From NCBI RefSeq assembly GCF_006345805.1, contig NW_021836761.1, forward strand, positions 1 to 22,747: DNA of 22,747 nucleotides, written 5' to 3'. The DNA is from Octopus sinensis (Eukaryota). Below are positions 18,056 to 22,747 of the stretch, piece by piece (the stretch's first letter is position 1; every line of letters starts with the position of its first letter). The translations under genes were made by a program, and so were the position numbers. Below the pieces are notes generated by a model. The model worked only from the letters and a program-made list of their open reading frames with translations. It was not told the origin of the DNA and did not search any database.

Positions 18056-18057
<2 letters not shown>
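17800..18057 (+). mobile_element. SINE family C variant with an internal head deletion and an alternative 3' tail
   Basis: GGAGGCGCAATGGCCCAGTGGTTAGGGCAG|ACCGGGCG has lost the B box. After CTTTCTTC the tail (TGTTGGCTTGCTCGCTTAGCC...GGTCTGGTCGGTCAC) differs from that of 6742-7131. Confidence 0.82.
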
Positions 18058-18093
<36 letters not shown>

Positions 18094-18105
18094 TATATAT
18101 ATATA

Positions 18106-19103
18106 CTAGCAGTATCGCCCCGGCGTTGCTCGGGTTGTAAGGGAATAACTATATAAACATTTTTAGAGAGTTATAGCCAAAAGTAGCAAAAAATGCATTA
18201 AAAATTGAAAAAAATTAAGGTAAATTTTTCTTTAATCGTTGACACATCGTAGATATTTTTTAGAGAGTTACTCCCTATATAAAAGCGAAAAAAATGCATT
18301 AAATGGAAAAATATGATGGTAATTTTTTTTAAATCGTAGACTCATCGTAGACGCGCGCTAATACCCAGAAGGGCTCGTTTGTTATTCTGGGTAACTTTCT
18401 GTAAAATTATTAAAATTTTGTTCAAACATCGCTATAGAAAATGGGTTATTAGCTAATATTCAATTGGGTATACAACAAAATTTTACGATAGAATTTGTTA
18501 TTCTGGGTAACTTTATGATACCCATAATATATTTATGGCAAAATAGGCCTTAATTTCATTTAAGTTGTGGGAAATAACAAACTATCCTTTCTTTCGGTTG
18601 TTTACGTTTAGCGTAATGATTTCAAATAGGCTCATTCGAAAAAGTAAATAGAAATAGTCTAAGGCTTTACTCTTCTGGGAAGTCTGTGGCTTGGTCCAGT
18701 TTCTTCAGAAAACTCACCGAAGAAACAGTTTTTTAATTTTCACTCCATTCAGGTACAATTCGTTTTCTTATCGCTGTCGGATTACTGTTTTCACTTTAAT
18801 AGCTGCAAACTTGCAAAGACAAAGGAGGAGAAGGGTGATAGCGTCAGTGAAACAATTCGCTCCTTTGTGTGTGTGTGCGTTTGCGTGTGGTGTAACCAAC
18901 TAAGAAAAGCATTTGACACACACACCAGAATGTGAGTTTTCTGTAAATTTGCTTAATTGGAGTTTAAATTTTAAAAACTGGACCTGGCATGACGCGATGC
19001 ATTGTACTCTTAAAATTGCTAGGTAATTGTAATTGAAGAATCCTATATTGTAGATTTGTATAACTCCCAAAGGGAGGCAGATAAACTGCCTTTATAATAA
19101 GAG

Positions 19104-19104
<1 letters not shown>
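18106..19104 (-). mobile_element. Non-autonomous Helitron, 999 bp
   Basis: Minus strand reads A|TC...CTAG|T. The GC hairpin CCCG-A-GC(AAC)GC-CGGG at 18119-18134 lies 9 nt from the CTAG end. No TSD; sits in (TA)n. Confidence 0.82.
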
Positions 19105-19167
<63 letters not shown>

Positions 19168-19445
19168 ATGTATGTATGTATATATGTATATATGCGCGCG
19201 CACGTGGCATGTGTATGTGTATATATATGTATATATGTATGCATGTATGTATGTGTTGTGTCTGTCCCTTATCACTTGTGTTTATGTCTCCGTAACTTAA
19301 AGGTTTTGCAAAAGAAGCCGATAGAATGAGTACCTATTTTAAAAAATAAATACTGGAGTTGATTTATTCGACTAAATCGTTCAAGGTGGTGCCCCAGCAT
19401 GGCTGTAGTCCAGTAACTGAAAGGTAAAAGAGATGAAAGATAAAA
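19105..19445 (+). mobile_element. (TATG)n spacer and degraded 3' half of SINE family A
   Basis: GTGTTTATGTCTCCGTAACTT..GCAAAAGAAGCCGATAGAATGAGTAC..GGTGCCCCAGCATGGC..GTAAAAGAG. Confidence 0.72.
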
Positions 19446-19579
19446 GACACACACACACACACATACACACCACTCACAAACACACTCACACACACACCAC
19501 TCACTCACGCACACTCTCTCACACACCGCTCACACACACACACGCACACCTATAAATATTAAAACATTTTAAGAAACAG

Positions 19580-20050
19580 CTTAAAGCGTTCGTTTGCAAA
19601 CTACCTCTCATGTTGCTATGTCTATTTACAGTTTTCTTCTTTGGAATACTGCAGGGATCTGCCATCCCATTCATTCTTTTCAACCTATACCTGTACGACC
19701 TTTCTACGCCTCATTAAAACATGCTTACATTTTCATGCGCTGATGACATTATTATCATATCGTCTCATCAGTTTTCAGTCATAGTTACCCAACTTCACCG
19801 ACCCGGCATCTACCACACTGAAACCGGGTTCCAAAATAGCAGCTTTAATGAGATATACACCATGTACAATTGTTTTCTTTTTTATCTGTAACACGAGAGA
19901 GGATCAGAGACAATCAGCCACCACATCCGGCAACCATACTTACACAAGAAAAAATACTGGGAGTCAACATTCACAAATGACATGGAAAACATAGTAAAGA
20001 AAGGAAAACAGTGCACAATCGTATTTAGAACACTTACAAATTCCTCAAAT
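19580..20050 (+). pseudogene. Decayed non-LTR (Jockey/I-group-like) reverse transcriptase fragment
   Basis: GILQGSAIPFILFNLYLYDL (19643-19702), *NMLTFSCADDIII (ADD at 19739-19747), later KILGV..MTW and NIVKKGKQ..FRTLT; several frameshifts. Confidence 0.75.
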
Positions 20051-21412
20051 ATATTTAGCTTGCTGACAGGTGCCACAAGTACATTTAGTGCACCCACAAA
20101 TACTACAAGCATATTTAGAGCATTCACAAGTACTACAATCATAAAGCAGTCACAGGTACCATAAACATATTTAGATCAGTCACAGGTACCTCAAGCACAT
20201 GTAGAGCAGTCGCAGGTACTATAAACATATTTAGAGCAGTCGCAAGACGAAAGGAAAGGTCTATAGAAGTTGTGTGAGAGCTGCAATACTGTATGGGAGT
20301 GAAACATGGTGTTTGGGGGTGGGAGAGATGGCAATTTTGAGAAGGACTGAGAGAGCAATGGTGAAAGAAATGTGTGGCATATGGCTGTTTGATAAGAGGA
20401 GGACTGAGGACTTGATGGGGATGCTGGGGTCGGAGGAATTTAGAACGATCATACGTACCACAAACACATTTAGTGCAGTTAAAGGTACCACAAACATATT
20501 TAGAGCAGTCACAAGTACCACAAACACATTAAGAGCAGTTACAGGTACCACAAACACATTTAGAGCAGTCACAGTTGCCACAAACACACTTAGAGCAGTT
20601 AAAGGTACCACAAACATATTTAGAGCAGTCACAAGTACCACAAACACATTTAGAGCAGTCAAAGGTACCACAAACATATTTAGAGCAGTTACAGGTACCA
20701 CAAACACATTTAGTGCAGTCACAGTTGCCACAAACACACTTAGAGCAGTTAAAGGTACCACAAACATATTTAGAGCAGTCACAAGTACCACAAACACATT
20801 TAGAGCAGTCAAAGGTACCACAAACATATTTAGAGCAGTTACAGGTACCACAAACACATTTAGAGCAGTCACAGGTGCCACAAACACACTTAGAGCAGTT
20901 AAAGGTACCACAAACATATTTAGAGCAGTCACATGTACCACAAACACATTTAGAGCAGTCACAGTTGCCACAAACACACTTAGAGCAGTTAAAGGTACCA
21001 CAAACATATTTAGAGCAGTTACATGTACCACAAACACATTTAGAGCAGTCTCAGGTGCCACAAACACACTTAGAGCAGTCACAAGTACCACAAACATATT
21101 TAGAGCAGTCACAGTTGCCACAAACACACTTAGAGCAGTTAAAGGTACCACAAACATATTTAGAGCAGTTACATGTACCACAAACACATTTAGAGCAGTC
21201 TCAGGTGCCACAAACACACTTAGAGCAGTTAAAGGTACCACAAACATATTTAGAGCAGTCACAAGTACCACAAACACATTAAGAGCAGTTACAGGTACCA
21301 CAAACATATTTAGAGCAGTCACAAGTACCACAAACACATTTAGTGCAGTCACAAGTTCTGTAAACTTATTTAGAGCGTTCACTGGAAACACAGTTACGTT
21401 TAGAGCAGTCGT
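20024..21412 (+). repeat. 30-bp minisatellite, consensus TTTAGAGCAGTCACAGGTACCACAAACACA, about 40 units
   Basis: About 7.5 divergent units at 20024-20246 and 32.5 units at 20439-21412; units at the edges are the most degenerate. Confidence 0.95.
20245..20438 (+). pseudogene. Internal fragment of a second RTE-type LINE ORF2 embedded in the minisatellite
   Basis: TKGKVYRSCVRAAILYGSETW..LRRTERAMVKEMCGI..DKRRTEDLMGMLG matches the post-RT LLYGxETW region of RTE elements. Confidence 0.82.
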
Positions 21413-21699
21413 TCGTATCAACAGACAACAGTACATTATATCTATTATCGATTATCTATTATCGATTATATCAGTCTTGGTTTAGTCTCCAGTCTCCTTA
21501 CAAATGTAAGCAGAGCACACCCACCTGTGAGCCATACTAAAACACTAAATACAATGTAAACGTACGAAAGTCGAAGCTACTTTTCCATAGCTAACTTCCA
21601 CTCTCAGAGACCCTGAGATAACATTAAAGAAAATCTATCAGCCACCACCCAAACAGATATAGAACCCACCAGAACTTTACAACAATAACCTAAAAATAT

Positions 21700-21843
21700 T
21701 GATTTCAAAATTTTAGCATAAGGCTATACATTTCTAGATGATGATATAAGTCTTATTTTATCGATCCCGAAAGGATGTAAGGCAAAATCTCCTTCGGTGA
21801 AATTTGAACTTAGAACTTAAGATGGACGAAATGCCGCAAGCAT
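21700..21843 (-). mobile_element. Degraded SINE family B
   Basis: TTTTATCGATCCCGAAAGGATGTAAGGCAAA..AATTTGAACTTAGAAC..GACGAAATGCCGCAAGCAT. Confidence 0.7.
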
Positions 21844-22244
21844 CCCAAAAATATCATCTTTTGCTCTACAATACTCCTGAACACTAGAACGACATCCAAA
21901 CAATCCAATTTCTCTCCCACTCTCCAGGCTCACTTATAACACTCTTTTATACCTCCACAAAGTCCTGACAGTATTATCCCTCTTGCACAGTTCTGTAATA
22001 TTCTAACAACACTATTTCTCCTACTCAGTCCTGGAACATCTAGAGCAGCAGTGAAAGCTATTGAAGCACCTTTATTCATTCTTACTCAGTCCAGACATAT
22101 CTACGACACACCGGAGCATGACCACAACATCCGGACAACGCTCATCTCTTCCCCACGGACAGTCCATACACATCTAGAACACACCACAGCACTACTGTTG
22201 TAACTTCCAAACAATACTATCTCTCCCACGCAGTCCAGACATAA

Positions 22245-22747
22245 AAGACGCACAAACACACGCACGTATGCACGTACAGACACACACACACACACACACA
22301 CACAAGCACACGCACGTATGCACGTACAACACACACACACACACACACACAAGCACACGCACGTATGCACGTACACACACACACATACACACAAGCACAC
22401 GCACGTATGCACGTACACACACACACACACACACAAGCACACGCACGTATGCACGTACACACACACACACAAGCACACGCACGTATGCACGTACACACAC
22501 ACACACAAACACAAACACACGCACGTATGCACGTACAGACACACACACACCACACACACAAACACACAACACACACACACACACACACACAAACACACGC
22601 ACGCACGTATGCACGTACACACACACGCACACACACACACAAACACACGCACGCACGTATGCACGTACACACACACGCACACACACACACAAACACACGC
22701 ACGCACGTATGCACGTACACACACACGCACACACACACACACACACA
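22245..22747. repeat. Compound (CA)n minisatellite with ten GCACGTATGCACGTAC cassettes (runs off the window end)
   Basis: Cassettes near 22262, 22312, 22359, 22401, 22443, 22479, 22521, 22603, 22653 and 22703. Confidence 0.93.

Noticed and set aside
19739-19770. CTGATGA as a hammerhead core
   Set aside because: No stem II or GAAA follows; it encodes the RT ADD motif.
20024-21412. CRISPR-like array of ~30-bp repeats
   Set aside because: Units are head-to-tail with no unique spacers, there are no cas genes, and the context is eukaryotic.
20274-21485. Thr-rich repeat protein as an antifreeze, ice-binding or mucin gene
   Set aside because: A stop-free 30-mer opens three frames automatically, and the N-terminus is RTE debris with no signal peptide or promoter evidence. 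Kept only as a low-certainty finding.
22101-22746. Cys/Val-rich ORFs in three minus-strand frames
   Set aside because: They are translations of (TG)n repeats.

Overview
Eukaryotic, repeat-saturated non-genic DNA (intergenic or intronic). The SINE families recognised from memory suggest an octopus (cephalopod) genome; this was not checked by search. No host exon, true tRNA/rRNA gene or CRISPR array is supported. The window is a stack of nested transposable elements and microsatellites. It holds four tRNA-derived SINE families (called A-D here) that share CORE, Deu/Nin and tail modules, and a 5'-truncated Penelope-like element with a GIY-YIG C-terminus. DNA transposons are a decayed DD41D (rosa-type) Tc1/mariner, a hAT MITE, a 999-bp non-autonomous Helitron, and a pogo/Tigger element split into six pieces over 6.3 kb. 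There are also RTE and Jockey/I-like LINE remnants. The most notable observations: (1) a well-formed type I hammerhead ribozyme on the minus strand at 8026-8068, with a compensated U3-A8 core, at the tip of a ~140-nt rod-like hairpin; (2) an apparently full-length 2.14-kb ORF1-only (HAL1-like) non-LTR retroelement with a 9-bp TSD; (3) a ~40-unit 30-bp minisatellite that appears to grow out of the post-RT motif of a LINE ORF2. All alignments and folds were done by eye.
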